DNA of 64,000 nt, from positions 1-64,000 of the forward strand of contig QPGO01000070.1 of NCBI GenBank assembly GCA_008632985.1, in the 5' to 3' direction. This DNA is from Psammoneis japonica. Taxonomy: Eukaryota. Under the pieces are notes generated by a model. That model was not told where the DNA came from, made no database searches, and worked only from the letters and a program-made list of their open reading frames with translations. Positions 1 to 12,434 of this stretch are shown piece by piece (position 1 is the first letter of the stretch; every line of letters starts with the position of its first letter). The position numbers and the translations under genes were made by a program.

Positions 1-1306
1 TGCAAACAGCAAGTGGACAAAGCTGACCAAGCCATGTGGGCAAAAGAGATCAAGACCCATGCAAGGTCAAGGCAGAAGCACCAAAGCAGAACATGAAGAA
101 AGCACACACACTGATTTAGAGTCAGGGCAGCGATGCCATGAGATCAGTGTTTGAGGCCAATGGCCAATGTGTCAATGCTGTGAATGGGCTTCAATGACAA
201 GAGTGTGCCACAATGCACAAAATTCACAAAGGAGTGATGCAGAGCTTCTGCCCAAGCCATGAGGGACAGCAACTTGACTCAGCATGGACCTGGTGCAAGA
301 AGAGGCTCCAAGCATCAGCCAGTGCAATGACTTTCATTGGAGTGGCAGTTGGCTGCCACAAGGTTCCACAAAAGGGAGCTTCCTGCATCACCTGGGTGTC
401 ACTCTGCCACAGCTGATGTTGGCAGCCAAGCTCATTTTGGCCCAAGCAGAGGCAAGAGAAGATGCCTTTGGAGGGAATGGCATTCATGCTGGGAGCAGAC
501 CAACAAAAAGCAAGATGTGCCGCAGATGTTGCCAGCTGGGAATGATGGAGCTGCACTCACCAACGTTGGTGGAAACCCAGGCAAAAACTGGTGCAGAGGA
601 AAATTGGTGAAACATGTGTTGCCCACCTCACAAGCAGGAAGAAAGGACATCATGCACCTGGCTGCATTGAAAAGGACAAAGAAGAAGCAAGCAACTCATT
701 GAGCTGCGCGCCAATGCCTTGACAGGATTGCCATGCCAACAGACAACAGCTGGCACTTTGAAGAAGCATTTGAGAGCAGAGAGTTGGGCCAGACACCAAG
801 GATGCCATCTTGTTTCAATTCTGTGCTGTGGTGGCAGACAGCACTGAGCACAATGAAGCCAACCACAGGCACACTCAATGCAAGCAATTGAGCAGGGCAG
901 TTGACCCAGGCTGGATCCTGCCAGACAGACAGCCCACACATCATGGCATGTTCATCAACAGATGAACACTGGTGACACTGGCCTTTGTGAGTCAAACAGA
1001 GGTGGCTTGACATGCATGCAATGGCAGGTGTCACCATCACCAGCCACGTGGGTGCCCTGCCTGGGGGTGCAGCAGCACATCATCCTGGCAAATTTGCCAA
1101 TGTTCCACCCCTGGCAAAGGTCAAGGAAAAGCACTGGGTGATGAGCAATGGCCACCGGTCAAGCAAACACTCACCACACACAAGAAGGACAGCAGCAATG
1201 CCAGCCCAAAGTGGCAGCCAGGCCCTGCAGTGGCACTTGTCAAGCAGTGCTGTGGCAGAGAACATGATTAAGTGCCCAGCTTGAAATGCCAAGTGAGCAC
1301 AAACTG
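1..1306. repeat. Unclassifiable TpA- and CpG-depleted, TG/CA-rich transposon relic
   Basis: Only about 2 TA and a handful of CG dinucleotides in 1.3 kb. Many overlapping Cys/His/Gln/Met-rich ORFs with no recognisable protein. Confidence 0.55.
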
Positions 1307-1582
1307 TGACAGAAATTGAAGGCAAATGGCAAGAATTCAAACAATGACTCCTTGCTGCTGTCTAAACAGCAGATGAGTCTCCACCCAGAGACCGTTGCAG
1401 GAGCCGAAAGACGTGTGAGTCGGTACAATCGGGCCACTGTCATTGTTCTTGTGAGCCTTGTGGCTCGAAAGCAAACTGCGTCGCGCGCGAACGTGTGGAA
1501 CTAAAGCACACAAAACTGTGCGCGGCAAACTGAACAGTGTGCGACATTTCGCGCGCACCCAAATCCTGTTCAAATCCTGTCA
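1307..1582 (-). repeat. 3' LTR (276 bp) of the minus-strand Copia copy
   Basis: On the minus strand it follows a PPT (ggggag, 1583-1588), starts TGACAG and ends CTGTCA (inverted termini). Its last ~94 bp match 5883-5976. Confidence 0.85.
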
Positions 1583-4500
1583 CTCCCCAGTTTGCTTGAG
1601 GAGTCACAGAAACAGATTCGACTTTGGATGGAATGAAGTTCCAGAACATGAGGGGGCGGAGAAGGTCCCAGACTTGGGAGCAACCCCAATGTCTGCTGAG
1701 AATGTCAGCAGGGTTGCGGGAGCCTTCGATGAAGTGGAGCTCAAGGTGACCAGAGGCAATTGCCTCGCGCACACGGTGGAACGACAGTGCGGTGTGTCGC
1801 TTGTGTAACTTGGAGTGCGGGATGTTGGCACTGTCTACAACCGACTTGTTGTCACCGAACATGTGACCAATGTCATGGATCGGGACGCCGAGGTGGCGCA
1901 GGGTGATGCACAGGTCGACAATCTGCTCGACACAAGTCCTTGCGGCAACAAATTCAGACCCATGGGTCACAGTCTCCATGGTGGCTTGCTTCTTAGAGAA
2001 CCAATCAGCCGGGAATTTGTTGAGGAAGTGGAGCATTCCCATGACAGAGCATCCGGTGAGCATGCAATGGTGCAAGTTTGCATCGACACAGTGGGTGGCA
2101 GTGACGAACTTGCCAAGGGGCGGTGGAGCGTCCTTCGGGATCATCTCTTCTGCTTCGCCGCACACAGAATGCATCCGTTCACAGGCCGGAGCAGGGAGAT
2201 CCGAATGGTCGGGCTCTTCCGTGCAAACGCGGAGAGCGCCGTGTCGCATCTTGGAGAGGCACCCACAGACACGTTTGGCACGATCCAAGTGGCCTTGACG
2301 GGGCGCAGCTCGGAAGCTAGAGAGTGACATGACGGCCGTGGCAATGTCAATTCGACCAAGGGACACTGCCCATTGGAGTGAACCAACAAGAGACTGGAAC
2401 TGTTGAATGCCATCGGGCCCCAGCAGTTCGGAAGTGTCCAGTTCGGGGTGGTCACCCTTCTCCAGAGGTGACAGGGCGTTGGTGGCAGGTTTCTCCCCAA
2501 ACAGTCATGTGCAGCTGTCGACCATGCGTTCAATGTACTTGCACGGAGACAGGCACAAGGTGCCGTCAGGATCCCGGGAAAAGTCGCAGCCTAGATGGAA
2601 CTCAATCGGTCCCGCACCCTTGAGCTTGAACTTGCACTTTTCCGTGAGAGTGTCGACGAAAGATTGAGGGTCCTTCATGGCAATGGCGAGGTCATCCACA
2701 TAAACGGCAACATGTTTGCAGTGGTCGCCGTTCCTGCACATCCAAATGTCGGGTTCGGCGTGGCAGGGGAAGAAACCTTCAGCTCGCAGGCAGTCGGCAA
2801 AGCGCTCGTGCCAGCGGAGGCCGGAGCTGCGCAGTCCACACAGGGCCTTGTGGATGACAAGAATGTGGCCTTCGAGTTTGCCAAATTCGGGTCCAGCTAC
2901 AATGCACAGCTTCTCCTTGGTGGTGGCTTCAAGGCAGGCATTGCCAATGTCGGTGGCCCATGTCTCCAACTCGTTGAGTTCGGCCAGGAAAATCATCAGG
3001 CGAAGGCCACGGAGGGAGACTGCTCCGGAGCAGACACTGTGGATGGGCACGTCTGTGAGGTGCCCATCGGCTGCGAGTCGTGCCTTGTGCCGGCCGTCAT
3101 GTTTCACGTCGCACACCAGGTGCACTTGGATCTTCTTGTGTCCTGCAGGAGGAGTGGAAGACTCAGAGGGCCCGCAGTCATGAAAGACTTCGCATTCATC
3201 GAGTTGGTCCATCTCGAGATTAGTTGCGTCTCCCCATTTGCGGTTGCCGTTGCATTCGTCCAGTGACATGGCGTGTTTGCAGTTCTGGGGAACTTCGCAT
3301 CCGCACTTGCAGTGAGGTGCAGTGCAGAAGGAGCAAAGCTTGGCTTGGTTGGCCATGCGGAACAGCTTCTTCTGGCGCCTCGCGATGGTGCGGAACTGCT
3401 TCCAGCCATCAGTGTCGAGAAGTCCGTTCTCTTGTGCACAGATGGCGCAGGTGACAGGGTCGTCCTTGGCGATGATGGCAAGAGGCTCGGACGTGATCTC
3501 CCCACTTTCCCATTCAAGCATGATGTTGTAGCTTGAGCCTTTCCAGGTTGGGTCATGAGGCTTCAGAGGTCCCACGTGTGACACAATGCGTCAAAATTTC
3601 CAAACAGCAGTGTCTTCGTCTTCTTGCTCAATGTGATTCATGATGTCGTTGCAGGCCAGGACTTCCTCGCATTTGTCGTTGTTGACAGAGCAGACGAACT
3701 TGGTGAGATCGGGGTTGCCGTTCACTTTCCATTCGTGGTCTTCGACGGCCTTGACGATGCGAACTCTGTGGCGTTGTCCGTCCTCTTGTGGCTGCATGAG
3801 GAAGGTGCGTCTGATGATGTCTTGCGGATCGAAAACTGGCATCTTGGGTGTCCTGATCTCCCCATCGGGTGAATCAACGGGGTTGTTGTCATGGCGAGAT
3901 TTGATGATGGGTTCAGGTGGCTCCCCATCAGGAGGATCAAGATGCAGGTTTCGAACAGCAGGGTCGGTGGCAGCGGATCGTACGTTGGACCGGCAGAGGA
4001 TCTTCTGAGTCTCGTCAGAGAGAATCTTGAAGGTCATCTGGTGGCCGACGTGCTCAGCAATGCCAACAAAGCGTCCACACAACTCACGGGATTCGGACGG
4101 CCAATCGGAGTCATCGAGGTGGAAGCACACGGGTTCCCACCAGTGAAAGCAAAGCAATGAGGTGATGTCCGGGGTGGAGCCAGTGAGAGTCTCGAGGGGC
4201 GTGCGCCAGTGGATGCGTGGGGACGCTGTGTGGTTGAGTGTGAAGCACATGCACATGAGCGCCAGCAGCCATGTGTGGGTGGGCGAACTGAAACGGTCCA
4301 TGACAGTGTTCGCCATGCGCTTCACGGTCTGGTGTTGACGTTTGGCAAAGTTTTGGTGTTGTTGGTGAGGCTCACTTTGCCAGCTGGAGACAAAGAGGGC
4401 TCGTAGGATCCCGAGCACCTTGTTGCTGATCTCAACTTGAGCACGGTCGCCAATGAGTTTGGATGGAGCACCACGCTCACGGATCTGATCCTCGAGTGTG

Positions 4501-5883
4501 TTGAAAAACTCTTTGTCCGTTTTGGTGCCGCAGACGTCAGTGACAGCAGACTCGGTGCCAACAAACAGTTGGGCGCTGGTGCAACCAGAGTCGACGGCCG
4601 GGGTGTCGGCATGAACAGTGTCAGTGGCGATGGGCTCGTCGCGGCGGTGCACATTGAGGGCGGGGTTGGGCGATTTGCAGGCCTTCTTAAGGTGTGCACT
4701 GGCGGGCATGCGGGCGCACTGCATGGTGCAGTCGAAAGCACGACGAACCGCATCGGCAGGTTGGAAACCAAAGCAAGACCGAAGAGACTCGCAGGGGGGG
4801 TCCTTGGGCTGCACAGTGCGCTCCGGGGGCGGAACGTTGTCGTCCTTGGGGTCAATCGTGTGCAAATGACACTCACAGAACACGTCGTCATTCGGAATGA
4901 GCTGGTCATCGAGGGCGGACGCGTGATCGGCAGACAAGGAGGCAGACATGATGGCCTTGTTGACAACGACACGGTGACGGCAGTTGCCGCATTCGTCAAA
5001 TGGGTTGGCAGTGGGATCGTCCTGCAGGTCAGAGATCGCGTTGTGCCACTGGTCGTCGTCAGCGACAGAGTGATCGAGGACAGAAGGATCCCATGTGTCA
5101 TCACCGGTGAGGATGACATGGGGCAGGGTGTCCCATTCGGCGTCAGTGCAGGGTCGCATGGCAACACAAGGCAGGCCGCCCTTGATGTCAATTGGGGTGA
5201 CACAGCCATCAGGGGTGGCGACACATTGCAAGCTGCTGGGCACCTTGACAGAGCAATCGTTGACATCATGTTTGCACCATTCGAGCTGGCCACAGGAATG
5301 AATGGTCTTGCCCTTTCCTGTGCATGCGTGCTGATGGAGGATGGCGATGACGGGACCACACTGTGTCTCAATGACAGCACCAGCGGTGACAATGGGGATG
5401 TCCACCAATTGGTGGTCGTCAATGCCCTGAACGTCGACTTGGCGAGTGGTGCGTGCAATGACGCGAACGTCGTTGCCAGCAATGCCGCCGTTGGCCCCAC
5501 GATCAACTGGAGCACCAGTGCGTGTGGAGCGATGAGCGGAGGCAGAGCAAATGACATTGTGGTTGTTGACGCGGCAGCAAGTGCGGCCGTTGAGTTCCAT
5601 GTCATCTGCAGGAGCAGGAGAGGTGGAGCGAGCGGCGGATGGGCCCGGTCGACTGGCGTTGGGGGCTTGGTCAGGAGACAACAGGCATTGCAGATCACTG
5701 GGTGGCAGTGGCTTGCGCTTGGCGAGGTGCACCAGAATGGGATCATCTGAAGTGGCGTCCACATTTGGAGCGGGGTCACCAGAGTCAGCAGTGGTCGTGT
5801 TGGACAAGTTGACATCACCGTCACTCCCAAGGCGTTGGTCGTGAAGGTTGACCGCAACGGACTCATGGCAGTTGCTGGCTTGC
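1307..5883 (-). mobile_element. Ty1/Copia LTR retrotransposon (diatom CoDi-like), 5'-truncated and degenerate
   Basis: Protease-like DRGANG, integrase, RT (KALCGL, VYVDDL) and RNase H (FGDNKSVV, NPADILS) in Copia order, followed by PPT and 3' LTR. Confidence 0.93.
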
Positions 5884-5976
5884 TGCAACGGTCTCTGAGC
5901 GGAGACTCATCTGCCATTTAGACAGCAGTGAGGAGTTGTTGTTTGAATTCTTTCCACTTGCCTTCAATTTCTGTCA
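5883..5976 (+). repeat. 3' remnant of the 5' LTR of the plus-strand Copia copy
   Basis: Reverse complement of 1307-1400, ending CTGTCA. Confidence 0.85.
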
Positions 5977-6797
5977 GATTGACAGTCTTGCTCATTGTCA
6001 ACCCATTGAGCAACCGCCATCATCGTCGTTGATTTGCCGACGATGCCACTTCAATTCTGCGCGGACCTCCGCATGTGTTCTACATGCATCGGCAAGTCCA
6101 CGCGCATTCAATGCCAGGCATCGGCAGGAATTTAACGTCGCCATCAAGTCTCCTTGCCGCTGGACATCTGGATTGATTGTGCCACCTTTTTTGCTGAAGA
6201 CACACATTCAACGGTTGCATCCAAGTCTGTCCTTTTTCCTCATCCCTTGACACACCCATTCGACGGTTGACGGTCAAGAACCCTGCATGTTCAAGGATCT
6301 TCGTCGATGAAGACACATGTGTGCACATCTTCACGGCCAAGGACTTGAACCCACTCTTTGGACTGCGGCTTTGCCACCACTCTACAAGCACGCCGAGTCT
6401 GTTGCACCTGATCTACCCCGGACCACTGGTGCTCTGCAGTTCTGCTGGGTCCACGAGGATGACTGTGAGAGCAAGCAGCCGTGATTGCAGCCTGCGTTGG
6501 GGCGAGGGTGCTTTCCCACGTTTGTTCGTTCGTCCACAGCACCTGACGCCTGCGTCAACTGGCCAGCCTGATCGGGAAATCCAACCGATGTAAAATGAGA
6601 ACGGTTCGGGGGTCTTGTCCACCTCTTGTCAGCTTGCCTGCAGGGGTTTACAACCCGCTGCTCCGCTTGCAAGCAACCCAAAGCGCCGCCAGCTGCGGGT
6701 TCGGACGTGCCGGCACAACTCTGCCGACCGGACAGGAAGTTTGGCACTTGACAACGAACGGGACAACACAACCCGGCGACTTCTGATTTTAAGATAG

Positions 6798-6858
6798 TTC
6801 AAGATTTCAAGTCAAGTCTGTTTCAAGTCAAGTCTGTTCTTCCTCAAGTTTCAAGTCC
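6798..6858 (+). repeat. Short tandem (t)tcaag repeats in the Copia leader
   Basis: ttcaagatttcaagtcaagtctgtttcaagtcaagtctgttcttcctcaagtttcaagtc just upstream of gag. Confidence 0.7.
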
Positions 6859-9800
6859 ACCTCCACGTCCCAACAAGAATCGCTTGTGCTGACACCGCTT
6901 TTGTCTGCCATGGTTCTCACTTGTCAGCAACAAACCGATGGCTTCGAGCACGTTGTTGGAACCGTGCTTGCCCAAGGTGCTGGAAGCCCTCTTCGTTTGG
7001 CTTTGACCCATGACGGCACGGACTCGCACCAAGAACTGTTCACATTCATGCCGTCCCAAATCGACTCGCTTGAGTGCGACAATGGCACTGATGTGATCCC
7101 TTTGCCCCGCAGTTGTAAGAACATGTCAGCAGCTCTAGTTGGTCTGTACATTGTCAAAGCACACGAAGGTCTTGACATTGCCAATGACTCCTCGTTGTTC
7201 ACGCATGACGAGTTCCTTGCCTGCCGCCTCAGCCCCGACTGCATGTCTTCTGTGTCTGTCGGCAGCTCACCCCTCGCACCTCCGCATGTCACCAACCCGG
7301 CCAAGGCACGCGACCCGGTGCGAGACTTCAAGTGAGGCATCAAGCGTGACCCCACCGCTTTCACGGCTCTCAAATCAGACAAGCAGTGGCACACTTGGCA
7401 CACCTCACTTGTGGCACAAGCCCGTGCCCAAGACGTCGAGTGCATTCTAGACTCGTCGTACAAACCGACCAGCCCCAAAGACAAACTGCTCTTTGCTGAA
7501 CAGCAAAAGCACATGTTCGCCGTCTTCGAATGCATCCTTCTCACCGACAAGGGCAAGGCTCTCATTCGCGAAAATGTGGGGTCTTCTGACGCCCAGACCA
7601 TCTGCCGTGCCTTGTCCGAGCATGCGCTCGCCTCCACCCGCGCATCCATCGAGTCCTCCACCTTGCTCACGTGCCTTGCCACCGCACGTCTTGGTGATGG
7701 CACTTGGAAAGGTCCGACCCACGGGTTCATCCTTCATTGGCAGGATCAGTTGCACAAGTGCAAGGCACTCATCCCGGCCAGTGACCACTTCTCTGAAGGA
7801 CAGAAGCGTGTCATGCTCGAGAATGCTGCACATCCTGTCGAGGAACTCCGCGCCGTCAAGAACCAAGCTGATCAGCATCGCACGCAGAGTGGCAAGAGCC
7901 TCACATGCGATCAATGTTGTGGCTTGCTCCTCTCCGCGGCGGCTCAATGCGACAGTGCATTTCAACCCAAGATGACACCTTGAGCTCCCCGATGCGCCAC
8001 ACACGCACATGACGTCTGCTCCGAGGAACCATCCGATGATGTGTTCCATGACATTGACAGCGACATTGATGTCCTTCAGGCCAACGCTGCCTGCACCCGC
8101 GGTCCCAGCCTCACCGGTGACCAATGGAAACGTCTCCCCCCCGACCACCAACGGATTTGGGATTCGTTGCCCCATTCCTCCAAGGCGATCATCCTTGAGC
8201 ATTCTCGTCCGCCTCCACGCAACCCGCGAGCCAGCAACTGCCATGAGTCCATTGCGGCCAACCTTCACGACCAACGCCTTGGGAGTGACGGTGATGTCAA
8301 CTTGTCCAACATGACTCCTGCTGACTCTGGTGACCCCACTCCAAATGTGGATGCCACTTCAGATGATCCCATTCTGGCGCACCTCACCAAGCACAAGCCA
8401 CTGCCACCCGGTGATCTGCAACGCCTGTTGTCTCCCAACCAAGCCCCCAACGTCAGTCGACTGGGCCCATCCGCCGCTCGCTCTACCTCGCCTGCTCCTG
8501 CAGATGACATGGAACTCAACGGCCGCACTTGCCGCCGTGTCAATGACCACAATGTCATTTGCTCTGCCTCCGCTCATCGCTCCACATGCACTGGTGCTCC
8601 AGTCGATCGTGGAGCCAACGGCGGCATTGCTGGCGACGATGTTCGCATCATTGCATGCACCTCTTGCCAAGTCGACATTCAGGGCATTGACGACCATCAA
8701 TTGGTGGACATGCCCATTGTCACCACTGGTGCTGTCATTGAGACACAGCGTGGTCCCGTCATTGCCATCCTCCATCAGCGCGCATGCACGGGAAAGGGCA
8801 AGACCATTCATTCCTGCGGCCAGCTCGAATGGCACAAACATGGTGTCAACGATCGCTCTGTCAAGGTGCCCAACGGCTTGCAACGCATCGCCACCCCTGA
8901 TGGCCATGTCATCCCAATTGACATCAAGGGCGGCCTGCCTCATGTTGCCATGCGACCCTGCACTGACGCCGAATGGGACACCCTGCCCCATGTCATCCTC
9001 ACCGGTGATGACACATGGGATCCTTCCGTCCTCAATCACTCTGTCACTGACGACGACCAGTGGCACAACGCGATCTCTGACCTGCAGGACGATCCCACTG
9101 CCAACCCATTTGACGAATGCGGCAACTGCCGTCACCGTGTCGTTGTCAACAAGGCAATCATGTCCGCCTCCTTGTCTGCCGATCACGCGTCCGCCCTCGA
9201 TGACCAGCTCATTCCAAATGACGACGTGTTCTACGAGTGTCATCTGCACGCGATTGACCCCAAGGACGACGACGTTCCGCCCCCGGAGCGCACTGTGCAG
9301 GCCAAGGACCCCCCCTGCGAGTCTCTTCGGCCTTGCTTTGGTTTCCAACCTGCCGATGCGGTTCGTCATGCTTTCGACTGCACCACGCAGTGCGCCCGCA
9401 TGCCCGCCGGTGCACACCTTAAGAAGGCCTGCAAATCGCCCAACCCCGCCCTTGATGTGCACCGCCGCGACGAGCCCATCGCCACTGACACCGTTTGTGC
9501 CGACACTCCGGCCGTCGACTCTGGTTGCACCAGCGCCCAACTGTTTGTTGGCACCGAGTCTGCTGTCACTGACGTCTGCGGCACCAAAATGGACAAAGAG
9601 TTTGTCAACACACTCGAGGATCAGATCCGTGAGCATGGTGCTCCATCCAAACTCATTGGCGACCGTGCTCAAGTTGAGATCAGCAACAAGGTGCTCGGGA
9701 TCCTGCGGCCCTCTTTGTCTCCAGCTGGCAAAGTGAGCCTCACCAGCAACACCAAAACTTTGCCGAACGTTGACACCAGACCGTGAAGCGCATGGCAAAC

Positions 9801-12434
9801 ACAGTCATGGACCGTTTCGGTTCACCTGCCCACACATGGCTGCTGGCGCTCATGTGCGTGTGCTTCATGCTCAACCACACAGCGTCCCCATGTCTCCACT
9901 GGTGCACGCCCCTCAAGACTCTCACTGGCTCCACCCCGGACATCAGCCCATTGCTTCGCTTTCACTGGTGGGAACCCGTGCACTTCCACCTCGATGACTC
10001 CGATTGGCCGTCCAAATCCCGTGAGTTGCGTGGATGCTTTGTTGGCATTGCTGAGCATGCCGGCCACCAGATGACCTTCAAGATTCTCTCTGATGAGACT
10101 CAGAAGATCCTCCACCGGTCCAACGTATGATCCGCTGCCACCGATCCTGCTGTTCGAAACCTGCATCTTGATCCTCCTGATGGGGAGCCACCTGGACCCA
10201 TCATCAAATCTTGCCATGACAACAACCCCGTCGATTCACCCAATGGGGAGATCAGGACACCCAAGATGCCAGTTTTTGATCCGCAAGACATCATCGGACG
10301 CACCTTCCTCATGCAGCCACAAGAGGACGGACAACGCCACAGAGCTCGCATCGTCAAGGCCGTCGAAGACCACGAATGGAAAGTGAACGGCAACCCTGAT
10401 CTCACCAAGTTCATCTGCTCTGTCAACAACGACAAATGCGAGGAAGTCCTGGCCTGCAATGACATCATGAATCACATTGAGCAAGAAGACGAAGACACTG
10501 CTGTTTGGAAATTTCGACGCATTGTGTCACACGAAGGACCTCTGAAGCCTCATGACCCAACCTGGAAAGGCTCAAGCTACAACATCATGCTTGAATGGGA
10601 AAGTGGGGAGATCACGTCCGAGCCTCTTGCCATCATCGCCAAGGATGACCCTGTCACCTGCGCCATCCATGCACGAGAGAACGGACTTCTCGACACTGAT
10701 GGCTGGAAGCGGTTCCGCACCATCGCGAGGCGCCAGAAGAAGCCATTCCGCATGGCCAACCAAGCCAAGCTTCACTCCTTCTGCACTGCGCCTTGCCACA
10801 AGTGCGGATGCGAAGTTCCCCGGAACTGCAAACACGCCATGTCACTAGATGAACGCAACGGCAACCGCAAATGGGGAGACGCAACTAATCTTGAGATGGA
10901 CCAACTCGATGAATACAAAGTCTTTCATGACTGCGGGCCCTCCGAGTCTTCCACTCCTCCTGCGGGACACAAGAAGATCCGAGTGCACCTGGTGTGCGAC
11001 GTGAAACACAACGGCCACCACAAGGCACGACTCGTAGCCAATGGGCACCTCACGGACGTGCCCATCGACAGTGTCCACTCTGGAGCAGTCTCCCTCCGTG
11101 GCCTTCGGCTGATGATTTTCCTGGCCAAACTCAACGAGTTGGAGACATGGGCCACCGACATTGGCAATGCCTGCCTTGAAGCCACCACCAAGGAGAAGCT
11201 GTGCATTGCAGCTGGACCCGAATTTGGCAAACTCGAAGGCCACATTCTTGTCATCCACAAGGCCCTGCATGGACTGCGCAGCTCCAGCCTCCGCTGGCAC
11301 GAGCGCTTCGCCGACTGCCTGCGAGCTGAAGGTTTCTTCCCCTGCCGCGCCAAACCCGACATTTGGATGCGCAGGAACAGCGACCACTGCGAATGTGTTG
11401 CCGTTTGTGTGGATGACCTTGCCATTGCCATGAAGGACCCTCAATCTTTTGTCGACACTCTCACGGAAAAGTGCAAGTTCAAGCTCAAGGGTGCGGGACC
11501 GATTGAGTTCCATCTGGGCTGCGACTTTTCCCGGGATCCTGACGGCACCTTGTGCCTGTCTCCGCACAAGTGCATCGAACGCATGGTCAACAGCTGCACA
11601 CGACTGTTTGGGGAGAAACCTGCCACCAATGCCCTGTCACCTCTGGAGAAGGGTGACCACCCCGAACTGGACACTTCCGAACTGCTGGGGCCCGATGGCA
11701 TTCAACAGTTCCAGTCTCTTGTTGGTTCACTCCAATGGGCAGTGTCCCTTGGTCGAATTGACATTGCCACGGCCGTCATGTCACTCTCTAGCTTCCGAGC
11801 TGCGCCCCGTCAAGGCCACTTGGATCGTGCCAAACGTGTCTGTGGGTGCCTCTCCAAGATGCTACACGGCGCTCTCCGCGTTCGCACGGAAGAGCCCGAC
11901 TGTTCAGATCTCCCTGCTCCGGCCCATGAATGGATGCATTCCGTGTACGGCGAAGCAGAAGAGATGATCCCGAAGGATGCTCCACCGCCCCTTGGCAAGT
12001 TTGTCACTGCCACCCACTGTGCCAATGCAAACTTGCACCATTGCATGCTCACCGGACGCTCTGTCATGGGAATGCTCCACTTCCTCAACAAATTCCCGGC
12101 TGATTGGTTCTCTAAGAAGCAAGCCACCATGGAGACTGCAACCTGCGGGTCTGAATTTGTTGCCGCAAGGACTTGTGTCGAGCAGATTGTTGACCTGTGC
12201 ATCACCCTGCGCCACCTCAGCGTCCCGATCCGTGACATTGGTTGCATGTTTGGTGACAACAAGTTGGTTGTAGACAGTGCCAACATCCCGAACTCCAAGT
12301 TACACAAGCGACACACCACACTGTCGTTCCACCGTGTGCGTGAGGCAATTGCCTCTGGTTGCCTTGAGCTCCACTTCATCAAAGGCTCCCGCAACCCTGC
12401 TGACATTCTCAGCAAACATTGGGGTTGCTCCCAA

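Larger units (their letters stand above)
5883..12434 (+). mobile_element. Ty1/Copia LTR retrotransposon, same family, truncated at both ends and degenerate
   Basis: Partial 5' LTR, ~930-bp leader, then gag-pol from ATG 6910. The frame is broken by TGA stops (7333, 7981, 10127) and a 1-nt indel near 9705. RT reads CVDD. The element stops abruptly at 12434 inside RNase H. Confidence 0.93.

Noticed and set aside
1307..12434. Explaining all TG/CA swaps by CpG deamination or classical RIP
   Set aside because: CpG decay is present (CGA->TGA stops), but it cannot convert conserved Tyr codons or remove TA, and many CGs remain. RIP would increase TA.
1307..12434. ADAR-like RNA editing or a reassigned genetic code as the cause of Tyr loss
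   Set aside because: Both A->G and T->C occur on the same strand and in non-coding LTRs. Host genes use TAY Tyr codons and TAA/TAG stops normally.
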